Shown: positions 47,106 to 57,510, counted from the stretch's first letter. The stretch is DNA of 64,000 nucleotides from Alkalispirochaeta sp. (GCA_965601925.1 OZ271854.1:4640001-4704000), one strand, 5' to 3'. Notes: a model not told the origin generated them from the sequence alone. Program-made: numbers and translations.

Positions 47106-48122
47106 TTACGACCCGCAGACCAGCTTTTCGAGCTCGCGTAGCTGCTCCTCGCTGCCCAGCCCAATAATACGATCTCCGGGTTGAATCGAGATCGAGGAGA
47201 GTCCGCTACGACTCGCATCGGTTCTGGCGTGTCCGCCGGCGTCGGCGATAGCCAGTACGATAGCGCCGGTGTGGAGCCCGATCTCGGCCTCCCGGAGCGT
47301 CTTTCCCGCCAAGAGACTGCGCGTATGGACCGGAAACTCCTCCATACGCAGCGACATCTCGGAGTTGTCGACGACCACGTCCAAAAAGTTGACCACCGAC
47401 GGCCTCAAGATGGACGATGCGATACGGCGACCGGCGATCTTGGCGGGAGTCACGACGCGGTCCGCGCCGGCGCGACGCAGTTTTGCCGTTGCGGTGTAGT
47501 CGGTCCCTTTGGCGATGATGGTAAGATTCGGGTTCATCTGACGCGCCGTAAGGGTCACGAACACGTTGTCCGCGTCGGACGGCAGTACGGCAACCAGTCC
47601 GGCGGCGTCCTCGATGTGCGCTTGGGTGAGCACCGTCTCCTCGGACGCATCTCCCGGAATGCATAACACCTCACCCTCGTAGGAAATTTCGGAGTGCTCG
47701 GGATCGCGCTCGATTACGACAAACGGTGTACCGGTGCGCGCGAACTCTTGAACGACCTCTCGCCCGATATCGCCGGCTCCACACACGATGTAGTGATTCT
47801 TGATTCGACGTAACTCTCTACGCATTCGTCGCTCCCGCATGGTTGATACGATCTGTCCCTCGAAGAGATACCTGATTACCGTCGAGATGGAGTATCCGAC
47901 CGTCGCGACGCTCAAGAGGAGAAACAGAATCGTGAAGTGACGTCCCGCCTGACTCAGAGGCTGTACCTCTCCGAATCCGACGGTAGTAAGGGTAATGATC
48001 GCCATGTAGAGGCTTTCGGCGAGCGGCCACCCCTCGATGAGGCGATACCCCAACGTACCGCCGCTCACGAGCCCGACGAGGAGTATCACAGCGCTGAATA
48101 CACGAATTCCATGGCGTTGCAT
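47106..48122 (-). CDS. Potassium channel with RCK/TrkA domains (MthK-like)
   Basis: Filter TTVGFGE, VCGAGDIG, TrkA-C domain. Confidence 0.92.
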   Translation of the reverse strand: MQRHGIRVFSAVILLVGLVSGGTLGYRLIEGWPLAESLYMAIITLTTVGFGEVQPLSQAGRHFTILFLLLSVATVGYSISTVIRYLFEGQIVSTMRERRMRRELRRIKNHYIVCGAGDIGREVVQEFARTGTPFVVIERDPEHSEISYEGEVLCIPGDASEETVLTQAHIEDAAGLVAVLPSDADNVFVTLTARQMNPNLTIIAKGTDYTATAKLRRAGADRVVTPAKIAGRRIASSILRPSVVNFLDVVVDNSEMSLRMEEFPVHTRSLLAGKTLREAEIGLHTGAIVLAIADAGGHARTDASRSGLSSISIQPGDRIIGLGSEEQLRELEKLVCGS

Positions 48123-48340
48123 CGTTTGAGGATGGTACTCTGTTTGCCGTGTTTTGTCCGCTCCGTCGAAGCGCAAAAGAGAGAGCCGAACGTCGCCTAC
48201 ACGACTCGATCCCACTGAGGATCAAGCTTCGACAGCGTGCGAAGCGTCACGTCCGACTTTCGTACTTTACGTACCACTACACCACCCGGCCACGCACTCG
48301 GGTCGCGCCCTTGACTGAAAAGGCATCCGTCACCATCATC

Positions 48341-48370
48341 AAAAAAGAAGACCGGGTCTCCCCGGTCTTC
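48341..48370 (-). terminator. Rho-independent terminator after dhaK copy 2
   Basis: GAAGACCGGG-4nt-CCCGGTCTTC stem followed by T6 on the minus strand. Confidence 0.85.
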
Positions 48371-48447
48371 GCGATACATCGTAGAGGGGCGTGCCCCTCG
48401 CCCTTGAACTGTTGCAGCAGTTCAAGGGTTATTCCATGTCTCTTCCG

Positions 48448-49476
48448 TCAGAAAACACGGATCGGTATCTCCGCCGGGGCGAGAAGGAGTTTCTTCAGCT
48501 CCGCATCGACTTTGCAGAGGGTAATCGACATACCCGCCATCTCCAGCGATGTGCAGTACTCTCCTACGTAGCTGCGCCACACCTTGATTCCCCTCTTCTC
48601 CAACTGTTGGTGAGCATATCCGTACAACAGATAGAGCTCGGATATCGGGGTCCCGCCGAGTCCGTTGATCATCAGCGCGACCTCGTCGCCTGAGCCGAAG
48701 ATCGGATCGACCGTCTCGCTCTCCGAGACGGGCTTTTTGTCGGTGAGAATCGCCTCCAGCATCTCATCGACGATCTCGTCGGCGCTCTTCAGTTTCCCGC
48801 GATATCTACCGGGCTCGCCGTGGATACCGACGCCCATCTCCACCTCGTCATCGGCGAGGGTGAAAATAGGCTCGCCCTTTGCCGGGGGTGTACATCCGCT
48901 CAGCGCCATACCCATGGAACGGATGACGTCGTTGACGCGCTTGCCTAACGCGACGATCTCATCGAGGGATGCACCCGCCTCCGCCGCGGCTCCCACAGCC
49001 TTGATCACGAAAAAGTTCCCGGCGACACCACGCCTGCCGACGGTGTAGAGGCTGTCTTTGACCGCCACGTCGTCGTCGACGAAGATCGTCTTAACGGTGA
49101 TACCCTCGTCCTCCAACTCCTCTGCGGCATCCTCGAAGGCGGCACGGTCGCCGGTGTAGTTATTGACGATGTGCAACACGCCCTTGGGTGAGTTGAGCAG
49201 TTTGGACGTCTCGATCACATAGTCCACCGGGGGCGCGGAAAAGACATCGCCTGGGCATGCGCCGTCCAACATACCCTTTCCGACGATCATAACGTGGGCC
49301 GGCTCGTGTCCCGACCCGGAGCCTTGAATGATGGAGACTTTGTTCTCCTTCGGCGCGTCGGACCGCATGATCAAGTTGTGCTCCGGTACGTACTTGATCT
49401 TGTCGGGGTTGGCCAACTGAATGCCCCTAAGCATCTCAGGAACAAACCGCTTGGGGTCGTTGACAAACTTCTTCAT
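48448..49476 (-). CDS. dhaK: Dihydroxyacetone kinase-family subunit DhaK (copy 2)
   Basis: GSGSGHEP, NYTGD, RRGVAG, GVGIHGEPG, TSLEMAG. Confidence 0.93.
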   Translation of the reverse strand: MKKFVNDPKRFVPEMLRGIQLANPDKIKYVPEHNLIMRSDAPKENKVSIIQGSGSGHEPAHVMIVGKGMLDGACPGDVFSAPPVDYVIETSKLLNSPKGVLHIVNNYTGDRAAFEDAAEELEDEGITVKTIFVDDDVAVKDSLYTVGRRGVAGNFFVIKAVGAAAEAGASLDEIVALGKRVNDVIRSMGMALSGCTPPAKGEPIFTLADDEVEMGVGIHGEPGRYRGKLKSADEIVDEMLEAILTDKKPVSESETVDPIFGSGDEVALMINGLGGTPISELYLLYGYAHQQLEKRGIKVWRSYVGEYCTSLEMAGMSITLCKVDAELKKLLLAPAEIPIRVF

Positions 49477-49528
49477 CGCTTGCACTCCTTTCCTCTGTTT
49501 TTTTTGAAGCCTGCTTCTTGTCGTTAGA

Positions 49529-50164
49529 TCATCCGACCGGCCACGCTTTGGCGAGGTCTTCGACTATGGTCGCTATGGCCACAGCCCCGGCGTCGTAGGT
49601 GTCCTTACTGCGCTCGCCGGTGTAGGCCGCACGGCCGCGCTTTGCTACCCACGCCTTGGTCGCCTCCGCTTGCTCGCGGGCGACACGCGCCGCCTCGTCG
49701 AGAGCGGTCTTTGTATCACGGCCGTCGATACTCTTCTCGAACGCGTCGGTCGCCGGAACCAGAGCATCGAGCAGCGTCTTGTCACCCAACGACGCGCCGC
49801 CGCGATCCATGATCCCCTCGGCCGCGCTCCGCAGCATCGTGACGACGTCCGGTGCCGAGAGCTCAGCCTTGCCGCTGATGCTCTTACCCGCTTTGCGAAA
49901 GGCGGCGCGCCATATGGAACCGGAGGTACCGCCGATATTGGCGGAGATGATCTTGGCGCACCCGACCAGAAAGGTCTCTCCGCTCGTGCGATCGATCGAA
50001 TCCCACCGTTCGAGGATGGCACCGAAGCCGGCTGCCAACGAGATCCCGAAGTCGCCGTCACCGACGACGCCGTCGAGCTCGGTAAAATACTTCCGGTTCG
50101 CCACTACCGTATCGGCCATTGTCCGTATAACAAACTCCATAGTGTCCATGCTTGTCCGTTGCAT
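49529..50164 (-). CDS. dhaL: Dihydroxyacetone kinase-family subunit DhaL (copy 2)
   Basis: LDGVVGDGDFG, GGTSG, GDKTLLD, KRGRAAY, DAGA. Confidence 0.92.
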   Translation of the reverse strand: MQRTSMDTMEFVIRTMADTVVANRKYFTELDGVVGDGDFGISLAAGFGAILERWDSIDRTSGETFLVGCAKIISANIGGTSGSIWRAAFRKAGKSISGKAELSAPDVVTMLRSAAEGIMDRGGASLGDKTLLDALVPATDAFEKSIDGRDTKTALDEAARVAREQAEATKAWVAKRGRAAYTGERSKDTYDAGAVAIATIVEDLAKAWPVG

Positions 50165-50204
50165 TCCACTCCTCCAAGGATGTCGACTCGTGTCGCACGC
50201 GCTG

Positions 50205-50981
50205 CTATGAGAGCATCCGCTCCAGATCCTCAATCGTTACATACGTACCGAATGTCACGCCGGTACGATTCCGGGCCACGACAATCGGTGCGCCACCGGG
50301 GTCACCGAGTTCGGAGACGACCGCCGCCGCCTCGTCGAAGTTCTCTTCCCTCGTCAGATCGTTGTACGTGACGAGGCATTGCATGTGTGCGCTCCGCGCC
50401 GCCAAAAGACCGTTTCGCGAGTCCTCGACGACCAGACACGTCGAAGGGTCCAAATCCAGCTTCTCTATTGCGGCGTTGTAGACGTCGGGGGCCGGCTTCT
50501 TTGCCTTGACCATGTCGCCGGCGAAGATCCCGGCAAATGAACCGGCGAGGGTATCGCCCATAACGTGGCGCAGCACCGCCTCGACCGAGGCCACCGCAGA
50601 GGTCGAGCACACCGCCAAGGTCCATCCGATGTCGTGCGCCGCTTGGGCCAGGCGCCTGACGCCGGGTCGAGGAGGAAGGGCGCCGGAGGCGATCAGCTCC
50701 TTGTAGATGGCCGTCTTTTTTGTGTGCCAGCGAAGGATGATCTCCCACCACGCGCCGTCTGACTCGGGCACGTCGAACACGGCGCGAAAGGATTCATCGT
50801 CTCGAAGGCTCGCCATTCGCTCCTTGCCGCCGCCGATCTTCACCTTCCCGGCGTACTCCGCAACGCTCCAACGCCAATCGACACCCTCCTCTTCCCACAT
50901 TCGGTTGAAGGCGACCAGATGGCCGTCGCGTTCGGTGTCGGCAAGCACACCGTCACAGTCGAACAGCAGCGCCCGCTTCAC
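50205..50981 (-). CDS. HAD-IA phosphatase, CbbY-like
   Basis: FDCDGVLADTERDGH..AFN, IGGGKERM, KKPAPDVY, EDSRNG. Confidence 0.9.
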   Translation of the reverse strand: MKRALLFDCDGVLADTERDGHLVAFNRMWEEEGVDWRWSVAEYAGKVKIGGGKERMASLRDDESFRAVFDVPESDGAWWEIILRWHTKKTAIYKELIASGALPPRPGVRRLAQAAHDIGWTLAVCSTSAVASVEAVLRHVMGDTLAGSFAGIFAGDMVKAKKPAPDVYNAAIEKLDLDPSTCLVVEDSRNGLLAARSAHMQCLVTYNDLTREENFDEAAAVVSELGDPGGAPIVVARNRTGVTFGTYVTIEDLERMLS

Positions 50982-51829
50982 GCCTTGCCCTCGCTACCGA
51001 AGAGCCGGAAATAGTGCCGCGCCATAGCGATCACATCGTCGCGTACAGCGCCGGCCAACTTGAGGGGATTGTATTCCGTCGGCTTCTTTTCGAGATAGGT
51101 CCGGAATCCGTCGGCGAAGACCTTTTTGAGCGCCGTCGAGATGTTTACCTTGGCGGCGCCCAGGGAGATCAAACGCCGGAATACGTCGTTCTCAAGGCCG
51201 CTCCCGCCGTGGAGTACCATCGGCACGCCGGTGGCGTCGACGATCTCCTTCATCCTATCGTAGCGGATCGTAGGGGCCGCCTTGTAAAATCCGTGAGCGG
51301 TGCCGATCGCCGGCGCGTAGCAGTAAATCCCCGTCTCCCGTACGAACTCAATCGCCCGCTCGATCGGGACTAACTGGCCCTCGGAGTCGCTCCCGACGCC
51401 GTCCTCCACACCGGCGACGGCCACGACCTCACCCTCGACGTGGGCACCGTGGCCGGTGGCATACTGAGTGATCTCCTTGGTGATACGAAAGTTTTCCTCG
51501 ACCGACATGCCCGAACCGTCGAAGAGCACGGAGTTCCACCCTACGTCGATACACTCCTTGGCAACCTGGACGTCGGGGCAGTGGTCGAGGTGGAGCGCCA
51601 CCGGTATCGATACGCGCTTGGCCATCTCGGTGAACATGGCGTGCACGACCGCCGCGCCCCAAAACTTCACCGTTTTGACCGAAATCTGAATGATCAGCGG
51701 CGAGCGCGACTGCTCGGCCCCTTGCATTAACCCATCTAAGGTGACGGCGTCCACGGCGTTGAAGGCCGGAACGCCGTAGCGCTCTTTGAAGGCGGGATCC
51801 ATGATCTGCGGAAGTGTCGCGATAGGCAT
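50978..51829 (-). CDS. Class II fructose-bisphosphate aldolase family protein (copy 2)
   Basis: HLDH, SVLFDGS, EGE, IGTAHG, VLHGGSG, KVNIST. Confidence 0.9.
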   Translation of the reverse strand: MPIATLPQIMDPAFKERYGVPAFNAVDAVTLDGLMQGAEQSRSPLIIQISVKTVKFWGAAVVHAMFTEMAKRVSIPVALHLDHCPDVQVAKECIDVGWNSVLFDGSGMSVEENFRITKEITQYATGHGAHVEGEVVAVAGVEDGVGSDSEGQLVPIERAIEFVRETGIYCYAPAIGTAHGFYKAAPTIRYDRMKEIVDATGVPMVLHGGSGLENDVFRRLISLGAAKVNISTALKKVFADGFRTYLEKKPTEYNPLKLAGAVRDDVIAMARHYFRLFGSEGKA

Positions 51830-51883
51830 ATACTCTTCTCTCTTTCTGCGTGCCGCACCGAAAGGCGACGCACCGTTGCTCCA

Positions 51884-52612
51884 TTATCTGGTCAGCGTCA
51901 TGTTGACCGAGTATCGATCTCCCCTGTTGTAGCAAAACGCAAACTCGACGGGCGTCCCGTCGGCGGCGAATACGGTTCTCCGCTTGTAGAGGACCGGCTC
52001 CCCCTCTTCCATCTCCAATAGCTGCGCGACCTCACCCTCAGCGGAGATCGCCTCGATCCGTTGGACGGCGCGCTTGATACGATGACCGTGGTGCTCAAGA
52101 GCCTGCCAGCTCATCTTCGACCGCACGTCCTCGTGGAGCAGCTGCGGGCAGAGGCGATGGGGCACGAACTCGTCGTGCAACGTGATGGGTGCACCGTCGG
52201 CCAAACGGAGCGTTCTGATATAGATGACCGGATCACCGACGGCGAGTCCGAGCTCACGGGCCACGGTAGGTCGCGATTCCACGACATCCTGCCTGAGCAC
52301 GCGAACTTCGGCGTCAAAGCCCTCACTGACTGCGGAATCGAAGAAGGTCGATAGTCGATTGTGGTCGCGCTCGATATGGGGACGGGATACAAAGGTACCC
52401 ACACCGCGGCGGCGGTAGATAAGCCCTTCGTCGATTAACTCGGAAATACTGTTGCGCAGCGTCATGCGGCTGACACCGAAGCGCGTTGCCAGCTCGTCCT
52501 CGGACGGCAGCTTGTCGCCCGGCTTCAGTGCGCCGGTTTCGATCTCTTCGCGCAACGTCTCCCGTATTCGAACGTAAAGCGCGACGCCGTCTGCGTCGGC
52601 AAGCATACTCAT
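51884..52612 (-). CDS. GntR/HutC family regulator (UTRA domain)
   Basis: LPSEDELATRFGVSRMT, RRRGVGTFV, UTRA C-terminus. Confidence 0.93.
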   Translation of the reverse strand: MSMLADADGVALYVRIRETLREEIETGALKPGDKLPSEDELATRFGVSRMTLRNSISELIDEGLIYRRRGVGTFVSRPHIERDHNRLSTFFDSAVSEGFDAEVRVLRQDVVESRPTVARELGLAVGDPVIYIRTLRLADGAPITLHDEFVPHRLCPQLLHEDVRSKMSWQALEHHGHRIKRAVQRIEAISAEGEVAQLLEMEEGEPVLYKRRTVFAADGTPVEFAFCYNRGDRYSVNMTLTR

Positions 52613-52688
52613 CGGTGGGTTGCCCTCCTCGTCCCGTTGCGTACTTCCCCATCAGTCTACCATCGGGGGTATCAGAACGCAAGAAGAA

Positions 52689-52733
52689 GTATAGACGTCT
52701 TTATATCAACAAAGTATACGAATAGACATCTAT
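52689..52733. promoter_or_regulatory. Two ATAGAC-RTCTWT dyads 31 bp apart, likely GntR/HutC operators
   Basis: ATAGACGTCTTT (52691) and ATAGACATCTAT (52722) in an AT-rich patch; includes GTATAGAC, matching GT-N-TA-N-AC. Confidence 0.65.
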
Positions 52734-53136
52734 AATAAAACAAAGAGATGGGTATACCTCGCAGGTCGTCACCTACGTATTCCCGAGAGTGAGATGAAGA
52801 ATGACTCGTGAACTGGGGAGACAGCTTAAAAAGGTGGTGCGTACTAACGGTCGGCGTCCGAACGCGCGCCGCGCCGATTTACCATCACCGTCATATTGGA
52901 GGTGAAAGTTCTTCCGGGGCACCACAGGTGCTGCGTCGAGTCCCACGCTCGCCTCGTCTTGCGTGGCGACATCGCTTTCCCAACGACTCCGTTTGGCGCC
53001 GGTGGCCATCGTTCATACCGCCGCAGCTCGGCGGCGTCGGACACGAGAGCGAGTCGACTTTTCCGTACCGGCGACGGCGGGCGCAATACGCTGCGTACCG
53101 TCCGAGAGCATAGTACGGCGCAAGCGGGGAGGAGCC

Positions 53137-54048
53137 TTAGGGAGTCTTGGAGCTCCGAAAAGCCGCAAGTTCGGCGGCCGACGGGAGGGAAGGCTGTGCC
53201 CCGAGTTTGGTGACCGCAAACGTACCCGCCGCCATGGCAAACGGAATGGCGTCGCCCAGCGAATCTCCCCTCGTCAGCCTTCCGGCGAGGGCGCCGTTAA
53301 AGGCGTCACCGGCCGCCGTTGCGTCCACCGCCTCGACCTGCGCCGGTGCAAACCGCTTCATGCCGTTCTCGTCGGCGAGAAGCGCACCGTGTTCTCCAAG
53401 GGTAATCACCACCGCCTTCACGCCTCGACCGAGAAGTCGTTTGGCGGCCGTTTCGGGATCCGCTTCGCCGGTGAGTACCTCGGCCTCCGTCTCGTTGGGC
53501 GTGAGCACATCGACCGACGCGAGGAGGTCGTCGCTCAACGCGTACGCCGGGGCGGGATTGAGTATTGTGACGGCTCCGGCGGCTCGTCCCCGGCGGAGAG
53601 CGGCGGAGGCGACCTCCATCGAGGTCTCCAGCTGCAGGAGGACGACCGCCGCCCGGTCGAACAACCGGTCGTGGGTGCGCAACGTATCAACGGATACATT
53701 CGTGTTGGCGCCGGGAACGACGACGATCGTGTTCTGGCCCCCCTCCTCTATCGTGATGAGGGCGATTCCGGACGGTCCGTCCGCCGCTACGACACTGTCG
53801 ACGGAAATCCCTTCGCGCGCGAGTCCTGCGGACAAGACGGGGCCGTACTCATCCCTCCCGACCGCGCCCACCATCGTTACGCGGAACCCCAGCCTGGCCG
53901 CGGCTACCGCTTGATTCGCCCCTTTACCGCCCGCGGCGGTGCTGAAACGGCGGGCGTGAATCGTCTGCCCCGCCGAGGGAAGCGCCGCGACTTGGGCGTT
54001 CAGATCCATATTGATACTACCGACTACCAGAACATCGATTTGCTTCAT
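53137..54048 (-). CDS. rbsK: Ribokinase
   Basis: GSINMD, GGKGANQA, NPAPA, PNETE, DATAAGDAF. Confidence 0.95.
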   Translation of the reverse strand: MKQIDVLVVGSINMDLNAQVAALPSAGQTIHARRFSTAAGGKGANQAVAAARLGFRVTMVGAVGRDEYGPVLSAGLAREGISVDSVVAADGPSGIALITIEEGGQNTIVVVPGANTNVSVDTLRTHDRLFDRAAVVLLQLETSMEVASAALRRGRAAGAVTILNPAPAYALSDDLLASVDVLTPNETEAEVLTGEADPETAAKRLLGRGVKAVVITLGEHGALLADENGMKRFAPAQVEAVDATAAGDAFNGALAGRLTRGDSLGDAIPFAMAAGTFAVTKLGAQPSLPSAAELAAFRSSKTP

Positions 54049-54115
54049 GCGTACTACCTTGCCGGCATCGACTCCCGACGGGACGCACAGTCCCGCCGGA
54101 TCGAATGAGAAACCG

Positions 54116-55012
54116 CTACCGGGTAATCAACTCCAACGCGACGGGAATGTACTCCTCGGTCGTCTCCCCCGCGATGATCCGTACTGCGGCTTGCACACCC
54201 GAGGCACCGATAAGTCTCGGCTGCTGGGCGACCGTAGCGGCCATGTCGCCGCCGGCGACCGCAGTTCTGGCATCGTCGGTGGCGTCGAATCCGACGATGA
54301 CGATGTCGCGCCCCGATGCTTGTACGGCGCGCAGCGCACCGAGCGCCATCTCGTCGTTGTGGGCGAATACTGCGTCGATCGCCGTCTGCGCCTGAAGAAT
54401 GTTTTCCATCACTTCGAGTCCGCGGGCGCGATCGAAGTCCGCGGCCTGACGGGCAACCACTTCAAGTCCCGAACTCGCAAGGGCCTCGTTGAATCCGGCT
54501 CCGCGGTCTCGCGCGGCGGAGGTGCCGGGGATTCCCTCCAACTCGACGACCGCGCCGCTTCCACCGAGAAGCTCTATGATGAACTCACCCGCCATGACGC
54601 CGCCGGCTACGTTGTCCGAGGCGATGTGCGTGACTACTTCACCCGAGGATGCGGCTCTGTCCAGAGTCACGACCGGGACGCCCGCCTCGTTGGCGAGACG
54701 AATCGCACTTCCGACCGCATCGGAATCGGCGGGGTTGATGAGGATAACATCCACCCCTTGAGTTACGAGATCCTCGACGTTACCGAGCTCGCGCGCCGCG
54801 TCGTTCTGAGAATCGAGAACGAGCAACTCGATTCCCGCACCGTCGGCCTCTTCCTGGGCGCCGTCGCGCAGATCGACGAAAAAGGGATTGTTGAGGGTCG
54901 ATACAACCAACCCTACTCGCGCCTCGTCCGAGGCCTCCTCCGATTGTCCGCCGGCAAACGCAGCGGCTGCGATCATCACGATCGCCATACCCATTAAACT
55001 GAATCGTTTCAT
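54116..55012 (-). CDS. rbsB: Ribose ABC transporter substrate-binding protein
   Basis: STLNNPFF, INPADSDA, HIASDN, DRGAGF, AHNDEMALGA. Confidence 0.93.
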   Translation of the reverse strand: MKRFSLMGMAIVMIAAAAFAGGQSEEASDEARVGLVVSTLNNPFFVDLRDGAQEEADGAGIELLVLDSQNDAARELGNVEDLVTQGVDVILINPADSDAVGSAIRLANEAGVPVVTLDRAASSGEVVTHIASDNVAGGVMAGEFIIELLGGSGAVVELEGIPGTSAARDRGAGFNEALASSGLEVVARQAADFDRARGLEVMENILQAQTAIDAVFAHNDEMALGALRAVQASGRDIVIVGFDATDDARTAVAGGDMAATVAQQPRLIGASGVQAAVRIIAGETTEEYIPVALELITR

Positions 55013-55052
55013 GACTACACTCCTTTGTCTTTTTCCGGCAACGCCGGTTTTG

Positions 55053-56003
55053 TTATCGATTACGACGGTCCAAGAGAACCGCGATCAGAATGACCGCCCC
55101 CTTCGCGATCATCTGGTAGTACGAGGAGACGTTGAGCAGATTGAGGGAGTTGTTGAGCACGCCGATGACCAACGCCCCCAGAATCGTGCCGCCGATACTC
55201 CCCACACCTCCCGCCAGGCTCGTCCCGCCCAACACGACCGCGGCAATGGCGTCCAGCTCATACCCCGACCCGGCCGTGGGCTGCGCCGAGGTCAATCGGC
55301 TGGTAATAATCACTCCGGCGAGGGCGGCGAGTGCTCCGCTTACCGCGTATACTCCGGTCTTGACCCGCTCGACGCGCAGGCCCGAGAGACGCGCCGCCTC
55401 CTCGTTCCCACCGATCGCGTAGACGTATCGACCGAAGCGCGTGTGGCGAAGCACGTAGTATCCGAGACCGAACACCACGGCCATGATGTATACCGGTACG
55501 GGAATACCGAGAAGACGCCCGTTTCCGAGCCAGAGGAAGCTCGGTGCGGCCTCGGCAAAGTTGATGGTGATGGGTCGCCCGTCGGTGAACACCAATGTGG
55601 CCCCCCGTAACAGCGTCATGCCGGCCAGCGTCGCGATGAACGGTTGAACCTTACCCTTGGTTATGACGAATCCCGATGCGGCGCCCGACAGGACACCGAC
55701 TACCAGGGAAATGAGAAGCACCGACAGCGCCCCGCGCCCGTTCACGGCCGCCGCAGCGCCCATAGCGCCGGCAAACGCCATGACCGACCCAACCGAAAGA
55801 TCGATACCGCCGGTTAAGATGACGAAGGTCATACCCGCGGCGATAACGGCATTGATGGAGGTCTGTCGAAGCACATTGAGGATGTTGGGCCCGGTAAGAA
55901 ACCGCGGGCTCAATAGAGCGGCGACGACGCTCAAGAACACGAGCCCGAGAAAGGGCTGGAGCCGTTGCACAATACGCTTTGTTCTATCTTCAGTTATCAT
56001 CAT
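55053..56003 (-). CDS. rbsC: Ribose ABC transporter permease
   Basis: GGIDLSVGS, YAIGGNEEAARLSG, YELDAIAAVVLGGTSL. Confidence 0.93.
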   Translation of the reverse strand: MMITEDRTKRIVQRLQPFLGLVFLSVVAALLSPRFLTGPNILNVLRQTSINAVIAAGMTFVILTGGIDLSVGSVMAFAGAMGAAAAVNGRGALSVLLISLVVGVLSGAASGFVITKGKVQPFIATLAGMTLLRGATLVFTDGRPITINFAEAAPSFLWLGNGRLLGIPVPVYIMAVVFGLGYYVLRHTRFGRYVYAIGGNEEAARLSGLRVERVKTGVYAVSGALAALAGVIITSRLTSAQPTAGSGYELDAIAAVVLGGTSLAGGVGSIGGTILGALVIGVLNNSLNLLNVSSYYQMIAKGAVILIAVLLDRRNR

Positions 56004-57510
56004 CGTTCCTACTGTGGGCCACGGCGGCCGCCATAACCGCCTCGGCGTTCATCGCATCTCGTTCGAAGTGCTCCACAACGGTTCCTCCCGCCATAACGAG
56101 GAGTCGATCGCTCAAGCCGAGTACTTCCGGGAGATCGCTGGAGATAAGGATGATGGCGACGCCATCGCGCTTCAAACTAAGAATGTGGCGGTATATCTCG
56201 CGTTTGGCCCCGACATCGATACCCCGCGTCGGTTCGTCGAGTATGAGCACCGCGGGCTCGCTCATGAGCCCTTTCGCGATGGAGACTTTCTGCTGGTTAC
56301 CGCCGCTTAACAGACGCACGATCTGTTCTCGATGCGGTGTGCGAATCGCCAACTTTTCGATGAGCGCCTGCGTCTCCTCACCCTCCAGCCGATGGAGCAG
56401 GCGAAACACGGAGCCGACGAAGGCACCGAGACTCGATAGCGTGATGTTGTGGGTTACGCTCATCCCGAGAACGAGCCCCTCCCCTTTGCGATCCTCGGAG
56501 ACATAAAAGATACCGTGCTCGATGGCGTCTTTCGGGTGGCGAATCGTCTGCGGTCGCCCCGCAATCGATACCGTGCCGGTCGTAAACGGCGTGCGACCGA
56601 AGATCGACTTCGCGAGTTCCGTCCGTCCGGCGCCCATGAGTCCGGCGACGCCCAATACCTCGCCTTTGCGAAGACCGAAGGTCACGTCGTGCACGAACGC
56701 GTTCGACGCACCCTCGACGCGCAGCACCTCATCGCCGGGGGAGGCCGGGTGATACGGATACTGTTCGTCGATCGACCTACCGACCATATCCTTGATGATT
56801 TCGTTTTCCGTCAGCCCTGCGACCGGCCTCGTAGAGATAAACTCGCCGTCGCGCAGTACCGTAACGCGATCGCACAGCCGAAAAATTTCCGGCAAACGAT
56901 GCGATATGTATACGATACCGGCACCCGCTGAGCGAAGCGCGTCGATTACCGAAAACAGATGGTCGGATTCGGTGTCGTTCAACGCGTCGGTCGGCTCGTC
57001 CATCACAATGACTCGGGCATCGAGCGTCAACGCTTTGGCAATTTCGACCATTTGCTGCTGCGCGATGCTGAGGTCCCCCAGACGCGTAGTCGGCGAAATG
57101 GAGACTCCCAGACGATCGAGGACGCGACGGGTATCGCGGAACAACACATTGCGATCGATCCGCACACGATGTCGCACAGGCTCGCGACCGAGAAACATGT
57201 TCTCCGCTACGGTCATATCGGAAACGAGATTCAGCTCCTGGTGAATAATTGCGATACCGTCCCCTTGCGCCTCTCTGGGGGAGGTGTAGTGAACCTCGCG
57301 TCCGCACAGTGTGACCGTACCTTCGTCCGGTCGATACACTCCGCAGAGGATCTTCATGAGCGTCGATTTGCCGGCGCCGTTCTCTCCGACGAGGGCGTGC
57401 ACTTCGCCGCGGTCGAGTTCGAAATGCACGTCCTCGAGGGCGCGTACACCGGGAAAGGACTTGCCGATTCCCCGCATACGCAAAAGCGGTTCCGTGCCGG
57501 AAACGTTCAA
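55990..57510 (-). CDS. rbsA: Ribose ABC transporter ATP-binding protein (two NBDs)
   Basis: GENGAGKS, MDEPT, SEDRK.EG, LSGGNQQK, DEPTRGID; TTG start overlapping the rbsD stop. Confidence 0.93.
   Translation of the reverse strand: MNVSGTEPLLRMRGIGKSFPGVRALEDVHFELDRGEVHALVGENGAGKSTLMKILCGVYRPDEGTVTLCGREVHYTSPREAQGDGIAIIHQELNLVSDMTVAENMFLGREPVRHRVRIDRNVLFRDTRRVLDRLGVSISPTTRLGDLSIAQQQMVEIAKALTLDARVIVMDEPTDALNDTESDHLFSVIDALRSAGAGIVYISHRLPEIFRLCDRVTVLRDGEFISTRPVAGLTENEIIKDMVGRSIDEQYPYHPASPGDEVLRVEGASNAFVHDVTFGLRKGEVLGVAGLMGAGRTELAKSIFGRTPFTTGTVSIAGRPQTIRHPKDAIEHGIFYVSEDRKGEGLVLGMSVTHNITLSSLGAFVGSVFRLLHRLEGEETQALIEKLAIRTPHREQIVRLLSGGNQQKVSIAKGLMSEPAVLILDEPTRGIDVGAKREIYRHILSLKRDGVAIILISSDLPEVLGLSDRLLVMAGGTVVEHFERDAMNAEAVMAAAVAHSRNDDDN

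Noticed and set aside
52740..53136. About 400-bp gap between gntR and rbsK, as a possible sRNA or small gene
   Set aside because: No convincing ORF, RBS, repeat or structured motif in any frame.
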